A stretch of 64,000 bases of DNA. Origin: Cetorhinus maximus. Taxonomy: Eukaryota. Numbering within the stretch: the stretch's first letter is position 1; each line of letters opens with the position of its first letter. The stretch is taken from NCBI RefSeq assembly GCF_964194155.1, contig NC_135901.1, positions 28,768,001 to 28,832,000 on the forward strand. Reading direction: 5' to 3'. This document shows, piece after piece, positions 50,545 through 63,588 of this stretch. Below the pieces are notes generated by a model that was given only the letters and a program-made list of their open reading frames with translations, was not told where the DNA came from and did no database searches. Position numbers and translations under genes: made by a program.

Positions 50545-51643
50545 CTGCTCCTATATCTTGTTCTGCCTCAGCACTGGCAGCCACATGTAATTCAGTGTTA
50601 GGGGTCATTAACCCTTCAGGGTGACTTTGAGGTCTTAGTCCCTTCTGTGGTGGACTTTTATCTTGAAATGCTTCAAGCACTTTTCCTGACTCTACACTGC
50701 CCAGTACTCGGGTGGGTACATCAGTATCTTCATTTATATCAGTATGTTGCTTAACTGGGTCACCAATAGGCAATGGCTTTTTACTCTCAGAAACATCTTC
50801 TGAACTGTGAACACAGTCCCAGTAAGTGGAAAAACAATATCACCCGATCAATTATTCCCCAAAATAAAATCTATATCTGTAATCAGTAATTTAGAAACAA
50901 CACCAACAATAACAGAGCCTTTTACTAAAGCATAGTTTAAATTCTCTCTACACAATGGTATAGTCACACACTCCCCATCAATACCCCGTACCAATACATT
51001 TTTATTCAGTGAGCTTTTTGAAGAAAAGTCTAAATATTTAGCACTGAGCTAAACCAGTATCTCACAGGATAACAATCTTTAAGGCTCTTTCTGGGAGTGA
51101 CTTCCCCTTCAAATACAAATCCTTCATAATCCGTCATGTCTCTATTTACACCCATGGTAAATACATTAGAAGGTATTGGCTTCCCTCTCTGGTACAACCT
51201 TCTCTGGAGAAACACCAGTCACTTTCACCAATGCCAATGGTTTAGTTTTTAATTTCCAATAAGCTGTATTTAAATGTCCAACTCTATGACAGTGAAAACA
51301 TGTTGGTCTTTCTGACTCAGTAATCTGCTCTACACTAGATTTTTTTATCACCCTGGGGAGAATCTCTTTTTTCATTCCTACTGTCCTCACCAAAAGTTCT
51401 GTTCATTCTCATACGACTCCCCTCTCCAACCTGTGGTTTGCTGTCAGCCAGGTGTCTGTGGGTTAAATCATAGCCATCAGCTAAAACAGCAGCTTCCCTT
51501 ATCGTAAAAACCCTTACGGGTCCTGCAGTTATGCCCTGATAGCTCATGAAATGTGGTTTTTAAATTCTTCCATGAATACGATTTCTCTCACATTGTCAAA
51601 ATTCTGTTCAATTTTCTTTGCTTGAAACCACCTGTCAGATAAC
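50545..51643 (-). mobile_element. Gypsy (Gmr1-like) gag-protease fossil with a SCAN-like capsid segment
   Basis: DRWFQAKKIEQNFDNVREIVFMEEFK..EAAVLADGY, knuckle CFHCHRVGH, and protease IL*DTG...DFILGN. Confidence 0.72.
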
Positions 51644-51753
51644 AGCAGGAAGAAGCCCTCTGTCCCTCCCACTTCACCAAGTGTCAGAATGAACATGGTT
51701 CAGTCCTGGATGTGATTAACAGCAGCAATAACAGCAGAACCCAACCCCTGTAA

Positions 51754-52596
51754 TCATTTGTGAATTCGCTGGTGTCTGAGCAAGCTGGATAACCAAGTGA
51801 ATCCCTTCCCACACTCGGTGCAGGTGAATGGTCTCTCTCCGGTGTGAACTCGCTGGTGCTTCCCCAGGGTGGATAATTCACTGAATTCCTTCCCACACAA
51901 AGAGCAGCTGAATGGCCTCTCCCCACTGTGAACTCGCTGGTGTGTCTGCAGGCTACATAACCAAGTGAATCCCTTCCCACACTGACTGCAGGTGAACGGC
52001 TTCTCCCCAGTGTGAACTCGCTCATGTTTCAGCAGGTTGCCTGAATGACTGAATCCCTTCCCACACTGAGAGCAGGTGAATGGCCTCTCCCCGGTGTGAA
52101 CTCGCTGGTGTGTCCTCAGGTGGGATTGCCAAGCGAATCCGATCCCACACTCAGAGCAGATGTACGGCCTCTCTCCAGTGTGAACTGGCTCGTGTCTGTG
52201 CAAGGTGGATGAATCGCTGAAACCCTTCCCACACGTGGAGCAGGTAAATGGCCCCTCTCCAGTGTGAACTCGCTGGTGTGTCTGCAGGTTGCCTGAATGA
52301 ATGAACTCCTTCCCACACACAGAGCAGGTGAACGGCCTCTCCCCAGTGTGAACATGCTGGTGTGTCTGCAGGTGGGATTGCTGAGTGAATCCCTTCCCAC
52401 ACTCAGAGCAAGTGAACAGCCTCTCCCCAGTGTGAACTCGCTGGTGTGTGTGCAGTGTGGATGAATTACTGAATCCCTTCCCACATGTTGAGCAGGTGAA
52501 TGGCCTCTCTCCAGTGTGACTACGTCGATGAATCTCCAGCGCAGATGGAGATTTGAATCCATTCCCACAGTCCCCACATTTCCATGGTTTCTCCAT
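51754..52596 (-). CDS. C2H2 zinc-finger protein, 10 tandem fingers, no effector domain
   Basis: 280-aa intact ORF MEKPWKC...HQRIHK*, acceptor near 52943, donor at 54641-54646, followed by the conserved 3' UTR. Confidence 0.85.
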   Translation of the reverse strand: MEKPWKCGDCGNGFKSPSALEIHRRSHTGERPFTCSTCGKGFSNSSTLHTHQRVHTGERLFTCSECGKGFTQQSHLQTHQHVHTGERPFTCSVCGKEFIHSGNLQTHQRVHTGEGPFTCSTCGKGFSDSSTLHRHEPVHTGERPYICSECGIGFAWQSHLRTHQRVHTGERPFTCSQCGKGFSHSGNLLKHERVHTGEKPFTCSQCGKGFTWLCSLQTHQRVHSGERPFSCSLCGKEFSELSTLGKHQRVHTGERPFTCTECGKGFTWLSSLLRHQRIHK

Positions 52597-53774
52597 GATG
52601 TGGGTGTCCTTCTGACTCTCCAGGTTCGGTGATCAGTTGAAGCCTCGTCCTCATACAGAACACAGATCCCTGTTGGGAATGGTGCAATGTTTTCTCAGGC
52701 TGTATAACTGGTTAAAGCTCATACCAGAGTTAGTGCACTGGAAACACTCTCACTCAGGTGTGTGTGTCTCGGTGCTTTTCCAGTCACATTGATGTTCATT
52801 ATCATTTGATGCAGGTAGAACAAACATGTCTCCCTCTAGATTCAAAGGCCGATGACACTCATGTCCCAATGAATCAAGTGGTTCTGTCAGATCTTGATGT
52901 GATGTTTGGTTTTCTGTCTGAAAATCCTCCTCTTCTAATATCCTGCAAAAGATGTTTACAAAAGTCATCACTGTCAGTACAGGATAGAAATGCACAGACA
53001 TTTCTAGTTTCTATGGAACATTCTTTCCTCTCCTGTTCCCCAAAAGGTGTAAATCTCCATCCCACACACTCTCCCTCCTTTCTCATTCTGCTGTACCGAA
53101 TATACACCCTCCAAATTCCCCTGAAGGTGCTGATTCATGCTGATAAACAGATCCATGCTCACCACTTCCTGTACAGGATATAAAGACCTGAAAATCTTGA
53201 TGCAGGCAGTAGACTGAATACATATACGTATAGATTCTGGACTAAAAATGTGTTTAATACACAGTGCTGTATTACTTGATCAGAGATTCATGAACGATGT
53301 CAGTAAGGACTTTATTAAGGTAGTAAGCAGCCATGAAAACAAGCTGGCTGCCAAAGAGGATGGTGGAATTGGAGATGTTCGATGATTTCAAAAGGAAATT
53401 GGATGGGCACATGAAGGAAATAAACTTGCAAGGTCACGGGGATATAGAACAGGAATGGGAGTAATGGGATTGCTTGACAGAGAGTACTCAAGTTGCTGAA
53501 TGGATTCCTTCTGCGCCATAATGACTGTATGGCTGGAAATGAATAATGTACCCACAGTACTATTTCACAAGACTAGAAATAATAATAAATATCCTTCATT
53601 ACAGAGCCATAAATAATATATCTAATATGTAACATATAACAACACTGGACATATCTCTATCCTATATTAATTTACTGTCCCCTTAAATGTCAGCCATCTC
53701 CTGGGGAAACCACTCCTTTAATTGTGAACATTAGGAAAGAGACCATCCTTTTAGCCATACAAATAAATGTGTCA

Positions 53775-54457
53775 CAAAAACAAAAAATGCTGGAAAAGCT
53801 CAGCAAGTCTAACAGCATCTGTGGAGAGAAAGACAGAGTTAACGTTTTGAGTCCGTATGACTCTCCTTCAGAGCTAAAGAGAAGTAAAAATGTGGTGAAA
53901 TTTATGCTGTTTAAGGAGGGTGGAGCAGGTGAAGCTGGATAGAAGGCCAGCGACAGGTGGAGGCAAAGGAGAGATTGAAGAAATATGGACAAAAGGACAA
54001 AGGGGTGTTAATGATGGTGGTACTGGGTAAAGGAGGTGCTGATGGTGACATTAAGGATAGAAAGCAGAATGAGGTAACAGCCGGACAAGGGTAAGCACTC
54101 TGTAAAGAACAGCATGAGCAAGTGACAGATTGCCCTGGGGCGGGGTTGCGGACGTTGGTGGGAAAAAAGATTGAAAATAGGATGTGGGGGTAAAACGATG
54201 AATAGAGATTAAAATAAATAAAAATAAGTGGATAAAAATTAAAAATTAATATTGAAAAATGGGGATCACAAAGGGGTGGGAATGGAGGAGAGAGTTCATG
54301 ATCTGAAGTTGTTGAACTCAATGTTAAGTCCGGAAGGCTGTAAAGTGCCTAATCGGAAGGTGAGGTGCTGTTCGTCCAGCTTGCGTTGAGCTTCACTGGG
54401 ACATTGCAGCAGGCGAAGGACAGACGTGTGGGCATGAGAGGAGGATGGTGTGCGGTT
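53775..54457 (-). mobile_element. Penelope-like 3' fragment with 14-bp TSD
   Basis: TSD AAATAAATGTGTCA at 53761-53774 and 54458-54471, GLNIEFNNF end, and a degenerate hammerhead at about 53838-53875. Confidence 0.9.
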
Positions 54458-54640
54458 AAATAAATGTGTCAAGCTGAGGGAGCAAAGGATGTCAATGTCT
54501 GTAAGAGAGAGACCTGGGCCAACCTTTCCAGAGTCTGCACCCTCCCTGGATTCACTTCCTTACCCTTCAGTTCCTGCAAGTCAACAATTTGCCCCCAGAA
54601 TGAGAAAAGAAATGGAAAGGGGGAGAAAAGAAAGTGTTTT

Positions 54641-55082
54641 ACTCACAGATGTTGGACACAGGAGGAAGTTTTAGTCTGTGTGAAGCTCAAACTTCATTCA
54701 CACAAAGCCCGCGCTCTGATTGGCTGGAGGACTAGAGTCCTTCCGGTCCTCCAACTCTTCCCATTGGTCAAGCCCTCAGCATGTGAAGGGGAGGGGCGGG
54801 CTCTCCCGAGTTCTCCGAGCGGCTTCTCGCTCTGGCCGGAGTCGTCAGCCGGTTGCCTGGAAACCTTGGCTCGAGGAAGTGGAGGTGGAGGGAGAACAAT
54901 GGGTGGGGGCGGGGCTCCCGTGTCCGCGCGCCTGGCCGACAGACTGGAACCCGAGGACGTCACCGCGGAGCAGAGTGATTCCTATTGGCTGATTCAGGCA
55001 GGGTTCCAATGTGGACGTCACAATGCGGATTGGACAATGAGCTTCAGACTGGAACTTCCTCCTCTGGGCAACATCTGTGAGG
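54641..55082. promoter_or_regulatory. Intact bidirectional ZNF promoter (P2 leftward, variant P2' rightward)
   Basis: CpG-rich, with CTGATTGGCT, CCATTGGTC, CTATTGGCT, GGGGCGGGG and GACGTCA x2. Donors at 54641-54646 (minus) and 55077-55082 (plus); acceptor at 55228 leads into a truncated exon. Confidence 0.75.
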
Positions 55083-55288
55083 AAATCAATGTTTCCCCCT
55101 TTCCATTTCTTTTCTCAGTCTGGGGGCTAAATGTTTGGGATGGAAGGAATGTTCCCAAGAAACTAGAATTGTCTGTTCTGAATTTTTATCCTTACTGACA
55201 GCAATGACTTTGTAAATTCCTTTTACAGGATATTAGAAGGGGAAGTTTTGCAGACAGAAATCTCAAACCAAACTTCAACATCTAACAG

Positions 55289-56950
55289 GGTTATGAATCT
55301 AGTTTTCCCTTCACTTCCTCCCTAAGAGTTCCCTTCTCTTTTGAAATCTTGATGGTTTATTCATATTCTTTTGGGATCTCTGGAATTTACCTTGATTTCT
55401 CCCCAGTTTCCCAGTCTGGCACTCAGACTTCCAGAGTTCTTTCCCTCTGTGAGGATTCCACTGCCTTCTTGAGCTGACATTGGACAGACCAACTGCTTTT
55501 TCCCAGTCAGCTCCCAAAGCTTCTTCACAGCTCTGTCCAAGCTAACGGTTCAAGCTGATTGCCTTCTGCCACAAGGCGAACTGCCTTTCACCGTTGTTAC
55601 AATCGCAGCTGATGTTAACTGCTGCACAAACCAAATCCCAGAGGGAAACTTGGCTCACAGGCCATACCCTTTTTTGTAGTCTGAAAATTAGAAAGTAAAT
55701 GTACTGATCGCAGCTGCAACAAGTCCAGTAAGAGATTTGGGATTTTAAAAATTAAAAGTAAAAGTTTTATTAACAAGAATAAACAAAAACTTATGCACAC
55801 AAGATTACAGTTGCACAGTTAAAATTAGTCTTATAACACAATCCCCCAAAAGACTCCCTACTTGGTCAGACCCACAAGTAAACACCTTCCAGGCAACACT
55901 CGCTTATAGATGCTGAACTATAAAAATCCAGTAATATTACCCAAGGCAAACTGCTGTAACTTTCATAACAGCATACCACATGACCTGTAACTCCGTTCCA
56001 CCTGCTGTGGACATCCAAGCCTTCAGAACAGGACTGTTTGTTGTAGCCCAAGACGTCTCTGGTTTGACTGGATGCTGATTCAAACTACCTCTTCCCCCAG
56101 CCTAAAGCTACAGCTAACAGCTCTCAGGTCAGCTCTAGCTGCAGCTACAGTAACTCTAAAATACCTTCCCCGCACCCCCCCACCAACCCCCCCCGCCCCC
56201 CCCCCCCCCCCACGCCTTTCACCTCATGTTCCATTGTTCTCACACCTCTTTGAACCTCAAATCCTTCCAAATATAAAATCTTTTGTGTTTCTATTTTTTC
56301 CTCTGTTTTCGGGTCAATACAATGTCATGTACCCTCTTCTGTTTACCTATGGAACTCCTGCAAGATACACACATGTTTCTTTGTACCTCTGACTTCCCTT
56401 TGATATTCAAACAAACTCAATTTATCCAATAATGCAAATGTTAGATCCAACCTATTCACTTATACCTCAAATCTAACGCCTTTATCCTTTCATGTTTTAA
56501 ACCCCCTCGGACAACCTGTCTTCTATTAAATTTTGCCCAGCTTAATTAAATCATCTACACACACACACAGAGACACCCAGCCTTCTTCACAGAATAACAC
56601 AATGTTCCACAAAAATATATATATTTTTAAAAACTCCATTCCTCACACCTTTCGGACCACTGGAGATTTCCTCCTCTGGCTTAAAGCTGGGCAAATCGTC
56701 CAACTTATTTTCCCCTCACACGAAGTGAAGTCAGCTGTAGCCTGGACAAGATGAAATCTGTAACTGTCTTCTCTGAGAAACAGGCAAATAAATTAAACAA
56801 AAGAAACTTCTAACCTGTACAGCCCATCTCCATGGCAACGTGGCATGCTTTGAGAAGTTCCAAACAGAAAAGCAAATAAATATATTTTACCTTTAAAACA
56901 CCCTTTGATATTATGATCCATGTCAAATATGAACCAATATATTCGTAACA
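55289..56950 (-). mobile_element. LTR-like element containing a nested solo LTR (55595-56647)
   Basis: The inner element runs TGTTAC...CTCACA with CCGT/CCTT flanks; the homologous empty site in 1-70 reads CCAT. The outer element ends GTAACA. Confidence 0.68.
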
Positions 56951-57113
56951 AGGTTGAAAGAGCATCAGCCCACTGGAAGCAAAGTCGTCAGACTGGCTTG
57001 TCCAACAAAAAGAAACCCTCCGACCTTCCCACTTCACCAACTGTCAGAATGAACATGGTTCAGTCCCGGATGTGATCAACAGAAGTAATAATAGCAGAAT
57101 CCAACCCCTGTAA

Positions 57114-57479
<366 letters not shown>

Positions 57480-58101
57480 TCATGACCTGGAACTCGCTGC
57501 CTGGGTGGGTGGAGGTAGCAGAGGTGATCAATGATTTCAAATTGAAATTGGACAGGCACTTGAAGGGAATAAGCTTGCAGGGGAACGGGGATAGAGGGGG
57601 AATGGGACTGACTGGATTGCTGCACAGAGAATCGGCATGAACTCAAGTTGCCAAATGGACTCCTTCTATGCTGTAATGACTCTATGACTAGAAATATATA
57701 ACGTAGCTACAGTACTATATTACAAGACTATAAATAATATAAATGTACTTTATTACAGAATGAAAAATAATATATCTAATATACACCATATAATAACACA
57801 AGACATATCTCTGTCCTTTTATTAATTTATTGTCCCTTTAAATGTCAGCCATCTCCTGGGAGAAACCACCCCTTTAATTGTGAACATTAGGAAAAAGACC
57901 ATCCTTTTAGCCAGACAAATAAATGCGTCAAGCTGAGGGAGCAAAGGATGTCAATGTCTTTAAGAGAGAGAGACCTGGGCCAACCTTTCCAGAGTCTGCA
58001 CCCTCCCTGGATTCACTTCCTTTCCCTTCAGTTCCTGCAAGTCAACAATTTACCCCCAAAATGAGAAAAGAAATGGAAAGGGGGAGAAAAGAAAGTGTTT
58101 T

Positions 58102-58625
58102 ACTCACAGATGTTGGACACAGGAGGAAGTTTTAGTCTGTGTGAAGCTCAATCTTCATTCACACAAAGCCCGCGCTCTGTTTGGCTGAAGGACCGGAATC
58201 GGTTCTCCAACTCTTCCCATTAGCTAATCACTCAGCATGAAGACAATGGGGGGTGGGTGACCCATTGACTCTCATGACGATTTGAGCGGCTGGCCAATGG
58301 GAAACGCCATTCACCGCAAACCCTCTCCCTCGGACGTGCGCAGCAGACCCGGGCGTTCCGCCCGCGCGGCAGATAGAACTGTTTCCTCAACGCGAGGCAT
58401 TGTGGGAGTTACGGCCTCCATTACTCATCTGGAGTCCAGTCTCCAAACGCCTGGGACTGGGATGTAAAGTCGGGGTGGGGGGCGCAGTGACCCCGCCCTG
58501 ACACAAAGTACATGGGGGTAGTCACTGGATTTGATTGTGACGTTCCCTTAGCAAAACAGTTTGTTAAATTCAGGAGTAAACATTTAGACACCTGGGTGAC
58601 ATATTGGGCAGGGCAATAAGTGAGT
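58102..58625. promoter_or_regulatory. Bidirectional ZNF promoter (P2 leftward, P1 rightward)
   Basis: CGCGAGGCATTGTGGGAG (58391-58408) is the reverse of the ZNF143/Staf site CTCCCACAATGCCTCGCG. Also GGCCAATGG and donors at 58102-58107 and 58620-58625. Confidence 0.7.
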
Positions 58626-58761
58626 GTGAAACTGAACCCGAGAGTCAGCACCTTCAGGAAAGGGGAATTGGGGAAGGAGGAGGAGGAGAGTAGTCGCATG
58701 AATTAGTGTTACAATCAATAGTTGGGAGGGAATGTCTGGGGCACAGAGGTATATAGTTTGA

Positions 58762-59072
58762 GAGGCACAGTGGCATTGCCATTGGACTAATATTGCAGAG
58801 ACCCCGGGTAATACTCTGGGGATCCGGGTTCGAATCACACCACAGCATATGTTGAAATTTGAATTCAACAAAAACCAGGATTTAAAGTTCTGATGACGAC
58901 CATAAAACCATTATTGATTGTTGCAAAAACCCATTTGATTTGTTTCACTAATGCCCTCGAGATAAGGAAATCTGGCCGACACGTGACTCCAGACCCACAG
59001 CAGTCTCGTTGACTCTTAAATGCTTTCTGAACAAGGACAATTTGGGATGAGCCACCCACATCCCATTAACGA
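58762..59072 (+). mobile_element. tRNA-headed SINE made of the 5' head and 3' tail of the 2505-5712 LINE
   Basis: A-box-like start and B-box GGGTTCGAATC. The body matches the reverse complement of 5465-5712 and is followed by AAGGACAATTTGGGATG..CCCACATCCCAT, matching the LINE 3' end. Confidence 0.82.
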
Positions 59073-59444
59073 TTGTAGGATGTTCTATGACATAATCATA
59101 ATCCTGAACAAATTGATCAAATCTTTTGTCAATTTCTGTTTCAAAATGTTCCTGTGAAATACTTGGGACATGTTGTTACATTAAAGGTGCTATATAAATA
59201 CAGGTTGTTCTGTTACTGAAGGCTGCCACTTGAACTCCCCACTGCTCCCAACTCCAAGACCCCTATGATAAACAGTCTGATCAACCATCTCATTCCCACA
59301 GCACAGCACAGCCCAGCCCAGCCATTCTCAGTGAATTTCCTGTCCTGTCTCCCTTGTGAATCTGTCCCTGCTCTCACACTGTGCTGAGCTCAGGTGTGAA
59401 CAAAACATTTTTGTCTTCAGATTTTTACTCTGAGAGTTTTAACC

Positions 59445-59860
59445 CATCTGGAGACGATAAATAGGCTGGGTCACTTCTCTCTTGGAAAGACAAGGCTGAG
59501 GGATAATGGAGGTTTTTATAATTCTGAAAGATTTTAATAACCGCAGAAAATGTTTCCATTTGTAGGAGGAAGAGGAAAACTAAAGGCCATGGTAAATTTA
59601 ATCAGGAATTCAGGAGAAACTTCTTTATCAGAGAGTGGTGAGAATGTGGAACTCGCTACCACAGGGAGTGGTGGAGGTGAATAACACAGATACATTTAAG
59701 GGGAAGCTGGATAAACACATGGGGGAGAAATAAACAGAAGGATTCACTGATAGAGTGAGATGAGAAAGCATGGGAGGAGGCTCACGTGAAGTATAAACCC
59801 TGGCACAGATTGGGTGGGCTGAATGGCCTGTTTCTGTGCTGTACATTCAATGTACTTGAA
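59445..59860 (+). mobile_element. Old CR1 3' fragment
   Basis: AGAGTGGTGAGAATGTGGAACTCGCTACC and GGGCTGAATGGCCTGTTTCTGTGCTGT. Confidence 0.7.
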
Positions 59861-60169
59861 CCTGGTATTGCCTTTAACTCTGACATAGTCAATTCCGGGT
59901 TAAAGAGAAACAGTTTCACTCACAGAAGAACATTTTAGCTCATTGTTTCCAGCCATTGTCCAATCACTGCCTTTTGTCAGTCAGGTGTCCGAGTGAGGAG
60001 CCAAGGCATTCAATTCAACTACAAACATCTCATGTGATTCGTTTCAATATATTTTTCAAGAGCAAATATTTTGCAAATTGACTGAATTTTTAAAAATTCA
60101 CTGATACCAGTGCTTTCCCAAAACGATTATTATTTTTCAGCCAGTCTTTATCAAATTGGAGAGTCCGTT

Positions 60170-60420
60170 TCATCCAGGATAAACTGCCCACTTGATCAGC
60201 ACCCCATCCATCACCTTGAACATTCACTCCCTCCACCGCTGACACAATGTGGTTGCAGTGTGTACCATCTACAAGATACACTGCAGTAACTTGCCAGGCA
60301 TCTTTCGACAGACCTTCCAAATACAACCCTTACCAGCTCGAATGACAAGGGTCGCAGACACATGGGAACGGCATCAGTTGAAATTTCCCACTGTGTGACA
60401 CTCCTGACTTGGACCTATAT
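60170..60420 (+). mobile_element. Older fragment of the 2505-5712 LINE family
   Basis: Matches 21955-22205. Confidence 0.7.
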
Positions 60421-60424
60421 TGCT

Positions 60425-60862
60425 CAGGATCTGTGCATATGAATACCCCTGCAGCTCAGCAACTGTGTGTACTCAAACCCCTTTTTTCAGGGCCTGTGTG
60501 CATGTAAACCCCTTTAGTTCAAGGTCTGTATGTACTCAATCCTCTTTAGTTCATGGTCTGTGTGTACAGAAACCCCTTCAGTTCAGGGTTGAAGAGGACA
60601 CAAACCCTTTTAGTCCATTGTCTGTGTACACAAACCCCTTTAGTTCAGGCAATGTGTGTATGTAAACCCCTTTAGTTCTGGGTCTGTGTGTACATAATCC
60701 ACTTTAGCTCAGAGTCGGTGGGTACACTATCCCCTTTAGTTAAGGGTCTGTGTGTATATAAACCCTTTTGTTTCAGGGTTTGTGTGTATGTAAACCCCTT
60801 TAGTTCACGTTGTGTGTGCACAAACCCCTTTATTTCAGGGCCTGTGTGTATGCAAACCCCTT
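60425..60862 (+). repeat. ~32-bp minisatellite
   Basis: About 13 units like GGTCTGTGTGTAYACAAACCCCTTTAGTTCAG. Confidence 0.88.
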
Positions 60863-60863
60863 T

Positions 60864-62210
60864 GGTACTATGAAAGAATTTATTGTTAGGAAGGTAAAGT
60901 CCAAAGACATTTTGGAACAATGGGATTTACATTAGAAAGGGAGAAACATGTATAGAGGAAATGAGATTATGTGTAAGGGGAAGGACTTCTAAGATCTAAT
61001 AAGTGTGAAAAGCCTCCAGCCTCTATGTACCAAGCTGCTGCCTATAAGAACCGAAGCTAAGAGAATTCATTGTGAATATTCCTGACCAGGGCATCGTGTG
61101 CCTTGCCTGGGTCTGTTAAAATCCATTTTGTTTTTACTGTTGCCTTCACAGGGGTGTAACTGGGAGTCTAATTAATTCGGGGAGCTTGGAGTTATCATAG
61201 TAGTAATTTGTAGACCTATGTTTGTCCTTAAAGTTATTTATTTAATTAATAAATGTTGGTATGACACAGCAGTTGGTAAAAGCTGAGTTATTTAAAATCC
61301 CAGAGGGAAACTTTAAACAATTGCCATAACCTATATTTTCAATTGGTATGTTTTGAGTTGCAGCTCTAAATTGAGGAATAAGACCACCAAGTCTAGAGAG
61401 TTTTTTTATATCAAACTAAATTAAATATTTATTAATTTACAACAAATTAAACACATGCACATGGCTACAAATTACTACAATCATAACTTTTTAATAAATT
61501 CCCAAATTAATCTCCACTAAGGCAACAGTAACCAATAGACTTAAACAGACATCAGGCAAAGCATTTTTCACTTTACGAAATCAGAATGAGGTTCCTTTAA
61601 ATTTGTTCCTTTGTAGACACAGTGGCAGGCTTACAGGCTTAGATCTTCCATGCCTCTGACTTGCACATAGGAAATCTTCTATATATCCCTAGCCTCAGCT
61701 TTGAATGAAAATTCTCATTGTACTACCAGGCCCTATGAACGCCACCTACTCTAACAATTAATACTCTTTCATAGTAAAAATTTTATTAGCAATATAAACA
61801 TATTGCTTGGTGTCTCCTAGCTAGGTGCAAGATTTTACTCCCAATCTTTGAATGGTTTATTCAGCAAAATGCAAACGTACTCTTTACCTTAACTTCCTCA
61901 CTGTTTAACGTCTCAAAACTACTACGCATCACAGCACCCAGACTAGCTGGCTTCAATCCAATTAAGACACACATACAGACACACCCACAGACACAGACCC
62001 TACTACAAGTCCAATTTATCATAATTTCCAATAACGTTATATACATTAATATCTCTTCGTGACAATGTTTAATTTAGTTTTGTACCACTGAATTCAAGGC
62101 ACGCTTCTCAAAATCAAAACACAAATTGCCAACCAGATGTGGCAGTTATTTCAAGTTTCCGTCTGGGATTTGAGCAGCTGAGTATTTATGAGCTGCTGTG
62201 CCAAACATAA
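60864..62210. mobile_element. LTR-like element (+) with a nested solo LTR (-) at 61257-62064
   Basis: The inner element runs TGGT...TGACA with TSD ATGT (61253-61256 and 62065-62068), landing just after the outer AATAAA. The outer element ends GTTTCCGTCTGGGATTT..AAACA, the reverse of the family motif. Confidence 0.68.
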
Positions 62211-62849
62211 GCCTCATCTTTCTTCCCCCTGGACATATTCAAATGCTCATAAATTGATCTATGCTTTTCGTTTCAACCATCTGTGTGGGACAAGTTCCGC
62301 ATTCTCACCACTCTCTGGGTGAAGAAATTTATTTTCTTAACTTTCTTATTTCCCCTTTTAATTGTTGTCCAGTTTCTCAGCTGATCTGCTGACCCTGGAA
62401 TGGGACAAAGGATAGAGGAAGAATGAGGCAACTGAGACTTCACATCACTTCCCCGAACACCAGGACTCAGTCAGCCTCATACTCTCGTCTCTGAGTCTGA
62501 AGGTCGTGGGTTCAAGTCCCCACTCCAGAGACTCGAGTCCCCCATAATCCAGGGCTGACACTCTTCCAGTTTTCAGTTGTCAGGTTCCTAAGCTCTGGAA
62601 TTCCCACCCTTAACCCCTCCACTTCTGTCTCCTCCGTTAAATCTCTGTTTAAAACCTACCTTTTTTCATCAAGGACATGACAAACTGTGTACCCAAAACA
62701 AAGCTGATTTATTTGACATTTACCCAGGATATTAAACTCCAGCCCAGTTACAGGAATTATTAACATCAGCAGAAACAACTGTCAGAATGAACGTGGTTCA
62801 GTCCTGGATGTGATTAGTAGCAGCAATAACAGCACAATCCAACCCTGTA

Positions 62850-63070
62850 ACCACTTGTGAACACGGTTGTGTCTCAGCAAGTGGGATGAAGGATGAATCC
62901 CTTCCCACACTTGGAGCATTTAAACAGCCTCTTGCCAGCCTTTACTCGCTGCTGGGCCAGCAGGTTGGCTGACTGAGTGACTCCAATCCCATATACGGAG
63001 CAGGTGAATGACCTCACTCCGCTGGGAGCTCACAGGATGTAATAAAGCTCGATGAGGGACTGAATCCCTT
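62850..63070 (-). pseudogene. Degenerate ZNF 3' fragment with conserved 3' UTR
   Basis: GAATCCCTTCCCACAC and GCAGGTGAATG remnants, with the UTR motif at 62780-62850. A further P1 module starts at about 63966 at the window edge. Confidence 0.7.
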
Positions 63071-63279
63071 CTCTTCACCTTGAACCTGACCCACAGCATC
63101 ATGACCTGCACCACGGGTAGGGTAAGGAGGCAGATCCCGAACCCACCTCAGCCAGAACGAGTATTGATCCCAGTGCTGTTGGCACCAATCTGATCCACAT
63201 ATCTTCCAGGCGACTGAGCCTACTGGTCCCCGAGGAGTCTGAATTGCTGTGGCAAAACACACTGTTACACGCAAGTTAC

Positions 63280-63588
63280 AGTCCTTCCTAACCCATGACC
63301 ACTACCATTTGAAGGACAAGGGCAGCAGATATATGCGAACACCACCACCTGGAAGTTCCCCTCCAAGTCACTCACCATCGGACTTGGAAATATATCGTTG
63401 TTCATTCACTGTTCTGGGTCAAAATCCTGGAACTCCCTTCCTAACTGCACTGTGGGTGTACCTACGGAACATGGACTGCAGAAGTTCAAGAAGGCAGCTC
63501 ACCACCACTTTCTCAAGAGCAACTAGGGATGGGCAATACATGCTGGCCCAGCCAGCGAAGCCCACATCCCATGAATGAATTTTAAAAA
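63280..63588 (+). mobile_element. 3' end of the 2505-5712 LINE family
   Basis: Matches 22100-22400 and ends CCCACATCCCATGAATGAATTTTAAAAA. Confidence 0.85.
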
